Below are positions 1-9,895 of a stretch of DNA of 64,000 nt, piece by piece. The notes under the pieces were generated by a model that saw only the letters and a list, made by a program, of their open reading frames with translations, did not search any database and was not told the origin of the DNA. Position 1 is the stretch's first letter. The number at the start of each line of letters is the position of its first letter. Made by a program: the position numbers and the translations under genes. The DNA comes from Candidatus Poribacteria bacterium (GTDB taxonomy: Bacteria; Poribacteria; WGA-4E; UBA9662), in contig JAYGDX010000110.1 of assembly GCA_046582655.1 (NCBI GenBank), forward strand, positions 1 through 64,000. The letters run 5' to 3'.

Positions 1-1224
1 TTTGTATTTATTTTTCTCAGTATTTTGATACACACCCACGCTGAAAATCACCAGACTTCAGCGTTAGAATGGTCCCAGTGGCTTGGTCCAAATCGGGATG
101 GTGTCTCCCATGAAACTAACCTTTTGACGGAATGGTCAGTGAATCGTCCACAAATTCTGTGGAGAGTTCCGATTGGCGATGGATTCTCTGGCATTTCGAT
201 TGCGAAGGGACGTGGATATACCATGGATACTATGGATGGAAAGGAATTCATCTACTGCTTTGATATATCGAAAGGGAAAGAGATCTGGCGTTTTCAATCC
301 GATGAAGTCTATCTCGACTCAATGGGAGGGCATGGACCACGTTCCACTCCAACCATAGAAAAGAATATGCTTTTTGCCATAAGTGCTCACGGTAAAATCT
401 ATGCCTTGAACGCCCAAAATGGAAATAAAATATGGTCACATAATTTAAAGCGACAATTTGGAGGAAAAACGCCAAGATGGGGATTCTCTACATCTCCACT
501 CATTGAAGAGGATTTAGTTTTGGTTGAAGTTGGTGGTAGATCTAATGCTTCCCTTGTTGCTTTCGATAAGAACAGCGGAAACATAATTTGGAAGTCTGGC
601 AAAAACAAAATTGGTGGATACTCATCGCCAATTGCCATCACAAGTTATGATATTCGTCAAGCAATCTTTTTCACTGGAAATTATTTAGTTTCTGTCGCCC
701 CAACAAGTGGAAAGATATATTGGAAGCATCCTTGGGAAACGAGTTATGATGTTAATGCGAGCACACCTGTTTTAATTCCGGGTGATAAACTCTTTATTTC
801 CTCAGGATATGGTGTTGGTGCCACAACATTACAGATGAAACTCAATAATGAAAGTATTGACGTTGAAGAAGTCTGGCGAAGCAAGGTGATGAAAAATCAA
901 TTTGGTACTGCCGTTCTGAATGGTGATTACCTTTTCGGTTTTGATGCCCGTATTTTAGTTTGTATCAACGCCAATACTGGGAAAGAGATGTGGAGACAGC
1001 GAGGATATGGTCAGGGAACACTAATACTAGCTGATAGCCATTTAATTATGCTTAGTGACAAAGGCAAATTGGCATTGGTTGAAGCCTCCTCTTCAGGTTT
1101 TAAAGAGAAGGCAAGCATGCAAGTGCTTGATGGCACATGTTGGACCGTTCCAACGCTGTCGGGTGGAAAACTTTATCTCCGCAGTATGAGTGAGATAGTT
1201 TGTCTCAAGATAACCAACGGATAG
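1..1224 (+). CDS. PQQ-binding-like beta-propeller repeat protein (BamB-like), 5'-partial, probably secreted
   Basis: Frame is open from base 1 (FVFIFLSILIHTHAE, the end of a signal peptide). Has WSQWLGPNRDG, repeated G..W Trp-docking motifs, GPRSTP, and C-terminal CWTVPTLSGGKLYLR. Confidence 0.88.
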   Translation, partial: FVFIFLSILIHTHAENHQTSALEWSQWLGPNRDGVSHETNLLTEWSVNRPQILWRVPIGDGFSGISIAKGRGYTMDTMDGKEFIYCFDISKGKEIWRFQSDEVYLDSMGGHGPRSTPTIEKNMLFAISAHGKIYALNAQNGNKIWSHNLKRQFGGKTPRWGFSTSPLIEEDLVLVEVGGRSNASLVAFDKNSGNIIWKSGKNKIGGYSSPIAITSYDIRQAIFFTGNYLVSVAPTSGKIYWKHPWETSYDVNASTPVLIPGDKLFISSGYGVGATTLQMKLNNESIDVEEVWRSKVMKNQFGTAVLNGDYLFGFDARILVCINANTGKEMWRQRGYGQGTLILADSHLIMLSDKGKLALVEASSSGFKEKASMQVLDGTCWTVPTLSGGKLYLRSMSEIVCLKITNG

Positions 1225-1283
1225 CGAAATCAATTAACGCTGATCTATTAAATACCAGAAAATTAATAAGGACACGAATTCTA

Positions 1284-2534
1284 GTGCGAAAAATAAATCA
1301 ATTATTATTTTTAATCCAACTTCTTATTTTTTCTTATTTTTTCTTTGTTAGTGCCTTAATAGCCGATGACGGAAATATTAGTCTGGATTGGCCTCAGTGG
1401 TTGGGACCAAATCGAGATGGGATTTCGCTGGAAACTAGATTGATCAAAAGTTGGCCAAAAGAGGGTCCCGAAGTTCTGTGGCGAACTCAAATTGGAGAAG
1501 GTTATTCAGGGATTTCTGGGGCTCAGGGGAGAATTTATACTATGGATTCTCGCCAGGATGATGAGTTTGTGGTTTGTATGGATGCCTCTGATGGAGAGGA
1601 GATCTGGCGTGCCCGAACCGATGAAAAGTATAAAAATGGTGAAGGCAATGGTCCACGTTCAACGCCGACTGTTGATGGTGATCAGGTCTTTTCCCTTTCT
1701 GCCCGAGGTAAACTTCAAGCTTTGAGGGCAGATAGCGGTGAGAAACTATGGGAGCATGATTTGGTTCCGGAATTTGGTAGCAACATACCAGGCTGGGGAT
1801 TTTCCACTTCACCTCTGATTGAAGACAATCTGCTTCTAGTCGAAGTTGGCGGTAATGATACCAATTCAATTGTCGCCTTTGAAAAGGAAACCGGTGATGT
1901 AGCCTGGTCGTCTCACACAGACCAACCTTCTTATTCATCGCCAATTTCAATTACTTTCCGTGGTGTGCGGCAGATTATTTTTCTCACAGCTAAAACCCTT
2001 GTTTCTGTTTCTCCATTAGACGGTCAAATTTTCTGGAAGTATTCTTGGGAAGGAGGTATTAACATTGCAACGCCGATCTTTATTCCAGAAGACAAGATCT
2101 TTATCTCCACATCTTATGACAAGGGATCCGTATTGCTTCAGATGATACCTGAAGGAGATCAATTTTTAATTAAGGAGGTTTGGAAAAGTCGTGTAATGAA
2201 GAATCATTTCAACTCCTCTGTACTTAATAACGGGCATCTTTATGGCTTTGATAACGCTATTTTAAAATGCATTGAAGCCGACACTGGAGAGGAGAAATGG
2301 AAACATCGTGGATTGGGCAAAGGCTCCTTGATTTATGTTGATGGACATTTAATTGTCTTGGGTGAAGAAGGGAGATTAGTATTAGTCGAGGCAAATTCTA
2401 CTGAATATATAGAAAAGGCTGGCACGCAAATTCTGCGAGGAAGATGTTGGACAAGCCCAACGCTGGCTGCTGGTAAACTGTACCTTCGAGATCAAAATGA
2501 AATGGTGTGTTTGGATGTTCTACAACGAATTTGA
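1284..2534 (+). CDS. PQQ-binding-like beta-propeller repeat protein, tandem paralog of the preceding gene
   Basis: WPQWLGPNRDG, GPRSTP, WGFSTSPLIE, CWTSPTLAAGKLYLR. GTG at 1284 precedes a signal-peptide-like stretch; the track start at 1200 overlaps the previous gene, so the start is uncertain. Confidence 0.88.
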   Translation: MRKINQLLFLIQLLIFSYFFFVSALIADDGNISLDWPQWLGPNRDGISLETRLIKSWPKEGPEVLWRTQIGEGYSGISGAQGRIYTMDSRQDDEFVVCMDASDGEEIWRARTDEKYKNGEGNGPRSTPTVDGDQVFSLSARGKLQALRADSGEKLWEHDLVPEFGSNIPGWGFSTSPLIEDNLLLVEVGGNDTNSIVAFEKETGDVAWSSHTDQPSYSSPISITFRGVRQIIFLTAKTLVSVSPLDGQIFWKYSWEGGINIATPIFIPEDKIFISTSYDKGSVLLQMIPEGDQFLIKEVWKSRVMKNHFNSSVLNNGHLYGFDNAILKCIEADTGEEKWKHRGLGKGSLIYVDGHLIVLGEEGRLVLVEANSTEYIEKAGTQILRGRCWTSPTLAAGKLYLRDQNEMVCLDVLQRI

Positions 2535-2559
2535 GCCCAATCATCTCAAAATTTAAGAT

Positions 2560-3903
2560 ATGTACAACAGCATAACGGTCGAGTCTTGGCACAATACACG
2601 TTGTTCTGACAACGTGTCCGTATCTGAGACTGAATCATTGAATCGGGATAAACTGGAGCAATATCAGCTTATCAAATTTCGGAACATGCTAAGCTCTGTT
2701 CTAGCAACTAATCTTTTTTACAGGCAAAAACTTAACAAAGTTGGCTTGAGGCATCCAGCAGAGATTCAAACACTGACAGATTACCAACAAATACCTTTCA
2801 CCACAAAAGATCAATTATCTGCCGATCAGTCCGCGCATCCACCATATGGCACCAATTTGACATTTTCACCGAGTGAATACATCCGTGTACATCAAACTTC
2901 TGGTACAACTGGTACTCCATTGCGATGGTTAGATGACACAGAAAGTTGGAATTGGTGGGGACGTTGTTGGACTTCTGTCTACCATGCGGCGGGCGTGACA
3001 TCTGAAGACCAGATTTTTTTTGCTTTTTCATTTGGTCCGTTTATCGGTTTCTGGAGTGCGCATGAAGGCGCAAGACAGATTGAAGCCCTCTCTATTCCCG
3101 GTGGTGGCATGAGTTCGCTACAACGAGTCCAAGCCATTTGTTCAAATAAAATTACTGTCCTCGTTTGCACACCAACTTATGCATTGCACCTGGGAGAAGT
3201 TGCTCAATCAGAAGGTATCAGTATCGTTGATTCTGATGTCCGAGTCACAATTCATGCTGGCGAACCTGGGGCCAGTCTACCGGCAACAAAAAAACAAATT
3301 GAAACTATCTGGGGGGCTCAATGTTATGATCATACAGGGGCTACTGAGGTAGGAGCTTGGGGATTTGAATGTGAGGCCCAATCTGGCGTACATTTGAACG
3401 AAGGGGAATTTATTTGTGAAATTATTGATCCGGAAACAGGGAATCCAGCTGAAGAGGGAGAGTTAGTTATTACAAACCTTGGTCGGATTGGTATGCCGAT
3501 TATCCGTTATCGCAGTGGCGATCAGGTAAAATTTAAGACCGGTGCGTGCTCTTGTGGTCGCCAGTTTCGTCGGTTGGATTCCGGTATTGTTGGGAGGATT
3601 GATGATATCCTAATTGTTCGCGGAGTCAATATTTATCCTAGTGCGATTGAAAACGTGTTGCGCGGTTTTCCAGAGATTATAGAATTTGCCGTAGATGTTT
3701 ATCGACCAGGGGCGCTGGACGAAATTGAAATCCGGGTAGAGGTCAATCGCTCACAGGATAGTGCAAACCAGATTGTTGAGGCAGTCAAAAACGCTTTTCG
3801 ACAAAATTTCGGCGTACGTGCTGATGTAAAAGTGGTCGAGTTAGGACAACTTCCCCGCTTCGAGCTGAAATCCAGACGATTTACAGATCGCCGAACCAAT
3901 TAA
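2560..3903 (+). CDS. Phenylacetate-CoA ligase family (PaaK-like) AMP-forming acyl-CoA ligase
   Basis: QTSGTTG P-loop, HAGEPG, YDHTGATE, RYRSGD, GRIDD..IVRGVNIYPS, C-terminal LPRFELKS. Confidence 0.9.
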   Translation: MYNSITVESWHNTRCSDNVSVSETESLNRDKLEQYQLIKFRNMLSSVLATNLFYRQKLNKVGLRHPAEIQTLTDYQQIPFTTKDQLSADQSAHPPYGTNLTFSPSEYIRVHQTSGTTGTPLRWLDDTESWNWWGRCWTSVYHAAGVTSEDQIFFAFSFGPFIGFWSAHEGARQIEALSIPGGGMSSLQRVQAICSNKITVLVCTPTYALHLGEVAQSEGISIVDSDVRVTIHAGEPGASLPATKKQIETIWGAQCYDHTGATEVGAWGFECEAQSGVHLNEGEFICEIIDPETGNPAEEGELVITNLGRIGMPIIRYRSGDQVKFKTGACSCGRQFRRLDSGIVGRIDDILIVRGVNIYPSAIENVLRGFPEIIEFAVDVYRPGALDEIEIRVEVNRSQDSANQIVEAVKNAFRQNFGVRADVKVVELGQLPRFELKSRRFTDRRTN

Positions 3904-3932
3904 ATTCTCAAACGAAAGAAACTGAAAACTGT

Positions 3933-5177
3933 ATGGATAACCAGGAATATGATGTTATTGTTGTTGGCTGTGGCCCTGCTGGTTGTACCACAGCAACCTT
4001 AGTTGCGCAAAAAGGGTATCAGGTGCTGTTACTTGAAAGAGATGAGTTACCAAGTTTTAAGGTTGGTGAATCGCTAATACCAGGTACATACTGGACCTTA
4101 AAGCGGCTAGGAATGATTGATCAAATGAAAGAGAGTCATTTCCCCGAGAAATACAGTGTTCAGTTTTACTCTCAAACAGGGAAGCCATCAGCACCATTTT
4201 ATTTTTTTGAAAATGATCCACATGAAAGTTCGATGACGTGGCAGGTGCTACGCAGTGAATTTGATCAAATGCTGGTTAAAAACGCGGAGAAGCATGGAGT
4301 TGAAATTCGTAGAGGGACCCATGTACACCAAGTCCTTTTCGATGACAAAAAAGCGGTTGGCGTACGAGCAAAACTAAAATCCGATAAAAACACTCGGGAT
4401 TTTAGAGCAAAAGTAATCGTTGATTCAACAGGTCAAAGTGCCCTGATTTCCCGAAAAATGAAGATCAACGTAGCCGACCCCAAACTTAAGAACGCATCAA
4501 TTTTTACTCACTTTGAAGGCGCGTTTCGAGATGAAGGTATTGACGAAGGCGCAACCTTAATACTCCATACTGAAAATAAGGATTCATGGTTTTGGTATAT
4601 TCCTCTGCCGCATGATCGTGTTAGCGTCGGTGTCGTTGGCTCTATAGATTATTTGATGCAAGCTAAAGAAAAAGGTACACAGACCATCTTTGATAATCAG
4701 ATTAAAAAATGCAAGCCGCTACAAGAAAAGCTTGAGAATGCTAAGCAGGTCTTTTCCGTTAAAGTGACTAAGGACTTTTCGTATAGATCTAAACAGATCG
4801 CGGGTGATCATTGGGTCTTGGTTGGAGACGCTCTCGGATTCTTAGATCCAGTTTACTCCTCAGGTATCCTGCTGGCTTTTAAATCTGGAGAAATGGCTGC
4901 AGACTGTATCGATCTAGCGTTTGAAAGAAAGGACTTCTCAGCCGAACAATTAGGCGCATTTGAAGCTGAATTTATCTCAGGTATGGATGCTTTTCGCAAG
5001 TTAGTATATGCTTTCTACTCTAAGGAGTTTAGTTTTGCTAAGTTCCTAAAACGTTTCCCTAAATGTAAACAAGGGGTTATTGACATTCTTAGTGGTAATG
5101 TGTTCAACCAAGAAGTACAGGAGATCTTTAAGCCGATGCAAACGATGTATCCAACTCTTAAAGATCTGTCAGCATGA
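3933..5177 (+). CDS. Flavin-dependent halogenase-like NAD(P)/FAD oxidoreductase
   Basis: GCGPAG (GxGxxG), KVGESLIP, FPEKYS (candidate catalytic Lys), WFWYIP (WxWxIP), GDALGFLDPVYSSG. Confidence 0.8.
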   Translation: MDNQEYDVIVVGCGPAGCTTATLVAQKGYQVLLLERDELPSFKVGESLIPGTYWTLKRLGMIDQMKESHFPEKYSVQFYSQTGKPSAPFYFFENDPHESSMTWQVLRSEFDQMLVKNAEKHGVEIRRGTHVHQVLFDDKKAVGVRAKLKSDKNTRDFRAKVIVDSTGQSALISRKMKINVADPKLKNASIFTHFEGAFRDEGIDEGATLILHTENKDSWFWYIPLPHDRVSVGVVGSIDYLMQAKEKGTQTIFDNQIKKCKPLQEKLENAKQVFSVKVTKDFSYRSKQIAGDHWVLVGDALGFLDPVYSSGILLAFKSGEMAADCIDLAFERKDFSAEQLGAFEAEFISGMDAFRKLVYAFYSKEFSFAKFLKRFPKCKQGVIDILSGNVFNQEVQEIFKPMQTMYPTLKDLSA

Positions 5178-5226
5178 CGTGAATAAGATTGCCGTTTTTC
5201 TACGTTGTTTTAATAGGAAGGTACCA

Positions 5227-6216
5227 ATGAATTTATTTCGAGAAGCAAAAAGGCTTAATTTAAAATATCTAGGAATCATTCTTGTCCTTTTGTTGATTAT
5301 GACTGATATTGGCTATAGTAGACGACAGTTCTTGAGTGTCGGCACAGCACCGCCAGGAGGTGCGTTTTTCGTAGTTGGTAGTGCCATCGCTCAAGTTGTT
5401 AATGACAATTTAGGCGATTTGTCTTGGCAGGTGTCCGCTGAAGCAACCAAAGGAACGCAAGAAAACATACGTCGGCTTAGAAATAGTGAGTTGGATTTTG
5501 CACTTGCCAATGCGGCGATCTCCTATTTTGCTGTACGGGGGCAAGGGGCGTGGAAGGAAAAATATCCGGTTAGAGTAATTATGACTTTGGCTCCAAATGT
5601 AGCATTCTTTATTACAAAGAAATCTTCTAACATAAAGAAAATCATTGATCTAAAAGGAAAACGTGCTGTGGTAGGGCCTGCCGGAGCGGGATTTGAGTAT
5701 TTCCTGAAACCGATTTTGCAGGCTCATGGTGTCAGCTACCAAGATTTCACACCGCTACATAATACGCAACTCGGATCAGTTGATATGTTAGCTGATGGTT
5801 CAGCTAAGGCTGCTTTTCTAGGTGGTGCTGTTCCGACAGCATCCATTGTGCAAGCTTCCGCTTCTCAAGATATTTTCTTTATCCCCTTTGATGAAGAAGC
5901 GAAAAAGCAACTATTTGAGAACTATCCCTTTTTTTCTCCAGCTACGATACCTGCTAATACCTATCGTAACCAACTTCAACCGTTTGATGGAATGAACGTA
6001 GGCTCAATGCACTTGGTCACTTCTGCTGATGTCGACGAAAAGAAAGTTCATCATTTCACTAGGATCCTTTATGAACATCGTCACCAGGTCGCCAAGAAGC
6101 ATCCTGCCGGTAAAGCTATTAACCCCAAAAATATTGTCAGAAACACGGGAACACCATTCCATCCTGGTGCCATTCGTTATTACATGGATATTGGTATCTG
6201 GCCTAAAGACCAATAA
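5227..6216 (+). CDS. TAXI-family TRAP transporter solute-binding subunit
   Basis: VGTAPPGGAF, ATKGTQENI, PFHPGAIRYY. ATG at 5227 follows AGGAAGG and precedes a signal-like stretch. Confidence 0.9.
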   Translation: MNLFREAKRLNLKYLGIILVLLLIMTDIGYSRRQFLSVGTAPPGGAFFVVGSAIAQVVNDNLGDLSWQVSAEATKGTQENIRRLRNSELDFALANAAISYFAVRGQGAWKEKYPVRVIMTLAPNVAFFITKKSSNIKKIIDLKGKRAVVGPAGAGFEYFLKPILQAHGVSYQDFTPLHNTQLGSVDMLADGSAKAAFLGGAVPTASIVQASASQDIFFIPFDEEAKKQLFENYPFFSPATIPANTYRNQLQPFDGMNVGSMHLVTSADVDEKKVHHFTRILYEHRHQVAKKHPAGKAINPKNIVRNTGTPFHPGAIRYYMDIGIWPKDQ

Positions 6217-6227
6217 ATGTAAATAAT

Positions 6228-8159
6228 ATGGTTCAACAGATTCGGCGCTTTCTTTTCCAGTGGTTTGCCTTTGCCTTAAGCCTGTTTATCCTGATAGAAG
6301 TTAATTACCCTCAGCTCTCCCCCCAATCCCAGCTGTCAATTTTTTCCATGCTGGGATTAATTTTGGTATTTCTCAAGTACCCTGTTCATAGAAAATTTGC
6401 GGACAATATCTTTGCCCAAATCCTCGATCTCGTTTTTGCTTTTTTCGTCATTATATCTTTTGGTTATGTCCTGATACAAACCGAACCGATATTCCAAGTT
6501 CTCTGGATTGATAACCAGTCTCTTGGTAATCGTGCGGGTGCAGAACAACCGATCGATTACAAAATTGCCTTAATTGGTGTGCTACTTGTTCTGGAAGCTA
6601 CCAGACGTACAATTGGTTTGGCACTGCCAATTCTTTCTGTCATCTTTTTGGTTTATGCTGCCTTCGGTTTTGCTTTACCCGATTGGCTATTTCCTCATAA
6701 AGGCTACTCTTTTGAACGAATTGCCAGCCAAGTATTTCTGCATAGTCAAGGCGTTTTCGGTATCGCTTTAAAGGTAATGTTTACTTACGTATTCCTCTTC
6801 GTTTTGTTCGGAACTCTACTAGAAAAAACGGGTACGACTAAATATATCATCAGTTTCACGAAAAACCTGTTTCGTTCAAGCATCGGAGGTCCTGCAAAAG
6901 TGGCTGTTATCAGTAGCGGAATGATGGGGTCTCTTTCTGGTAGCGCGGTTGCCAATACAGCAACAACTGGTACGTTTACCATTCCGATGATGCAAAGCAG
7001 TGGTTTTAAACCCAGCACCGCGGCTGGCATTGAAGCCGCAGCAAGTTCAGGCGGTGCTCTTGTCCCACCAATCATGGGAGCTGGTGCCTACATGATGCTT
7101 GAAATTGTCCAACCAGCAGTTACTTATCTGCAAATTATTAAAGCAGCTCTAATCCCAGCTATTTTATACTACACATCGTTGTTGCTTGTTGTTCATTTAC
7201 ATGCCAAACGTTTCAAGACACTGGTACAGGATCCCAATCAGTCTAGCCTTGAAAACTTGTCGAAAGTGCAGGTGGGGCTGTTTTTAACCGCTTTTCTCTC
7301 ACTAATCCTTTTCCTGTTGATTGGTTACACACCTTTTCGAGCGGTCAGTTTAAGCTTGCTATTAATTCTGATTTTTAGCGCTTTTAGCCATCAAACTCGC
7401 ATCAGTTTCAGCGGTATTTTGAATGTTATGGAAAAGGCAGCAGAAAGTGGTGTATCACTAATTGCTGCGGCTTCGTGTGTTGGATTGATCTTAGGTGTTG
7501 TTACCTTGACGGGAATCGGCACAAAACTGCCAAGCATTCTTCTATCATTGGCTCATCATAACGTGATTCTAGCTCTTTTTCTACTAATGATATCAACAAT
7601 TATCCTGGGAATGGGGCTGCCATCTTCAGTCTGTTATTTACTCATGGCAAGTCTTATTGGTCCCGTGCTAAGCGATTTGAACTTGGTGCCCTTGTCGGTA
7701 CACCTCTTCATCTTTTACTTTGGCATGATGTCGATGGTCACACCGCCAGTTGCCCTCGCAGCTTATACAGCCGCAGCCATAGCCCGAACCAGTATCATGG
7801 AGACAAGCTTTATTGCCTTTCGATTTGCCCTAATTGGGTTCGCATTACCTTACACTTTCACTATCCATCCAGAACTGTTGCTTATGTCTCCTAACCAAGG
7901 TAAGGTAAGTTTGTTGCTCGTTATCTTCAAAGTATTGGTAACCATATTCGCTATTGTCCCGCTAGCTGCAGCAATATCTGGCTATTGGTTCACCACATTA
8001 AAATTTTGGCAACGATTGGTGCTTCTCATACTAGCCCTAATTATACTATTGACCCAATTTGATGGTATTCAATATTGGTTAAGATCAGTTTCATTTGTAA
8101 TCATCTCAATTATTGGATTCTACAACTGGAGATCGAAGTTTTCCTCTCCCAGTTACTAA
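6228..8159 (+). CDS. TRAP transporter fused 4TM/12TM permease (TAXI type)
   Basis: LEATRR, GGPAKVAV, SGSAVAN..TG.FTIPMM, EAAASSGG..PPIMGAGA, GMGLP, TPPVALAAY. Confidence 0.92.
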   Translation: MVQQIRRFLFQWFAFALSLFILIEVNYPQLSPQSQLSIFSMLGLILVFLKYPVHRKFADNIFAQILDLVFAFFVIISFGYVLIQTEPIFQVLWIDNQSLGNRAGAEQPIDYKIALIGVLLVLEATRRTIGLALPILSVIFLVYAAFGFALPDWLFPHKGYSFERIASQVFLHSQGVFGIALKVMFTYVFLFVLFGTLLEKTGTTKYIISFTKNLFRSSIGGPAKVAVISSGMMGSLSGSAVANTATTGTFTIPMMQSSGFKPSTAAGIEAAASSGGALVPPIMGAGAYMMLEIVQPAVTYLQIIKAALIPAILYYTSLLLVVHLHAKRFKTLVQDPNQSSLENLSKVQVGLFLTAFLSLILFLLIGYTPFRAVSLSLLLILIFSAFSHQTRISFSGILNVMEKAAESGVSLIAAASCVGLILGVVTLTGIGTKLPSILLSLAHHNVILALFLLMISTIILGMGLPSSVCYLLMASLIGPVLSDLNLVPLSVHLFIFYFGMMSMVTPPVALAAYTAAAIARTSIMETSFIAFRFALIGFALPYTFTIHPELLLMSPNQGKVSLLLVIFKVLVTIFAIVPLAAAISGYWFTTLKFWQRLVLLILALIILLTQFDGIQYWLRSVSFVIISIIGFYNWRSKFSSPSY

Positions 8160-8180
8160 CTATTAATTTTTTATGGACAC

Positions 8181-8414
8181 ATGTATATGAACAGAAATCG
8201 CTGGCAATGGCTGTTTCTCCTTATGATTTCAATATTCTACTTGTTGCATAACGACTTCTGGTTATGGTCTAATCCGAGATTAATCATAGGATTACCAATT
8301 AGCTTGGTGTACCATATTGGATACTGTCTCATGTCTTCCCTGCTAATGATCCTACTTGTTAAATTTGCTTGGCCAAATCATGCTCAGGTAAAAGAAAACC
8401 GACAAAACAAATGA
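8181..8414 (+). CDS. Small 2-TM membrane protein (DUF3311-like partner of the sodium:solute symporter)
   Basis: LHNDFWLW...GLP motif; its stop overlaps the symporter ATG (ATGA). Confidence 0.75.
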   Translation: MYMNRNRWQWLFLLMISIFYLLHNDFWLWSNPRLIIGLPISLVYHIGYCLMSSLLMILLVKFAWPNHAQVKENRQNK

Positions 8415-9892
8415 CAATTACTATTGTTTTTACTTACCTGATACTGGTTCTGTCCATCGGTGTTCTAGGGCATAAATTTTTTCGCGGCACTGGCGAAGAC
8501 TACTTTATTGCCAGTCGAAGTATCGGCTCCTTTGTTCTTTTGATGTCGCTTTTCAGTACGCATATGACCGCCTTTTCAATTCTAGGGGCTTCCGGTCAAG
8601 CCTATCATCAAGGTGTTAGCGTTTTTGGATTGATGGCTTCCTCTTCCGCCCTTGTCGTACCCGTCATCTTTTTTTTTGTTGGCACACGGTTATGGTCGAT
8701 AGGAAAACAATATGGTTACTTGACACAAGTCCAATACTTTCGTGAAAGATGGAATTCCGATAGCTTAGGCTTACTCATTTTCATCATCCTTGTCCTGCTA
8801 ATAATTCCATATCTATTGATTGGAGTCATGGGTGGTGGCGATACTCTTGCCAAGATAACCAATGATCAAATTCCGAAATGGCTGGGAAGTCTACTGATTT
8901 GTGCTGTGGTTGTAATCTATGTCTGTTATGGGGGCATGCGAAGTACGGCATGGGCTAATACCTTTCAGGCACTGGTCTTCATGGTTCTGGGTGGTGTTAC
9001 ATTTATTCTTATTACAAGAAAGATGGGCGGGGTTCCTTCTATTATTGAGAAAATAAATATAGATCTACTAATTCCCGCTCATCGTCTCAATCCAATTCAA
9101 TTCATTTCGTACACCTGTATCCCATTATCAACTGCAATGTTTCCTCACATGTTCATGCACTGGCTCACGGCGAAACATATCGACACTTTTCGCTTTCCTA
9201 TAATATTTTACCCAGTTTGCATTGCCATTGTATGGGTTCCGAGTGTCATTCTTGGTGTGTTTGGGTCGGTGGCAATCCCAGGACTTCAGGGTGCCGAAGC
9301 TAACTCAGTCTTAATCCAAATGATAAAACGTTACTCCCCTGATTTCCTAGTAGGACTATTGGCAGCAGGTATCTTTGCGGCAATCATGTCGTCTCTGGAT
9401 TCTCAGTCTCTTTCTATTGGAAACATGTTTACCCACGACATCGTGATTCATTATCGGTTTTTCGACCAGATAAGCGAAAAACAACGAGTTTTAATCGGGC
9501 GGTTATTTGTATTCATAGTTCTCAGCTTAACCTATATTTTATCGCTCGTTTCAACATCAAGCATCTTCAAACTTGGGGTTTGGTCTTTCACTGGATTCGC
9601 TTCACTTTTTCCTGTCGTTATAGCGGCTGTCTTCTGGAAACGAAGTAACAAATTTGGGGCATTTTCTTCTGCGCTAAGTGTTATTGTGCTATGGACCTAC
9701 TTTTTCTTCCGTGGTTGGCAAGTGCCGAATTATACGGTGGCTAATACTGGAATAATGCCAGTTGTTTTCATTCTGGCTGTCTCAACGATTGCGATGATCG
9801 GAGGATCACTCATGACTAGACCTCCCGACCCAGACCTAATCAATAAATTCTTCCCACCTGACACTAGAGATCCATATAGTATAAAAACTTAA
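8411..9892 (+). CDS. Sodium:solute symporter (SSS) family protein
   Basis: EDYFIASRS, GGMRSTAWAN, AAIMSSLDSQ; about 13 hydrophobic segments; ATG at 8411. Confidence 0.92.
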   Translation: MTITIVFTYLILVLSIGVLGHKFFRGTGEDYFIASRSIGSFVLLMSLFSTHMTAFSILGASGQAYHQGVSVFGLMASSSALVVPVIFFFVGTRLWSIGKQYGYLTQVQYFRERWNSDSLGLLIFIILVLLIIPYLLIGVMGGGDTLAKITNDQIPKWLGSLLICAVVVIYVCYGGMRSTAWANTFQALVFMVLGGVTFILITRKMGGVPSIIEKINIDLLIPAHRLNPIQFISYTCIPLSTAMFPHMFMHWLTAKHIDTFRFPIIFYPVCIAIVWVPSVILGVFGSVAIPGLQGAEANSVLIQMIKRYSPDFLVGLLAAGIFAAIMSSLDSQSLSIGNMFTHDIVIHYRFFDQISEKQRVLIGRLFVFIVLSLTYILSLVSTSSIFKLGVWSFTGFASLFPVVIAAVFWKRSNKFGAFSSALSVIVLWTYFFFRGWQVPNYTVANTGIMPVVFILAVSTIAMIGGSLMTRPPDPDLINKFFPPDTRDPYSIKT

Positions 9893-9895
9893 ATT

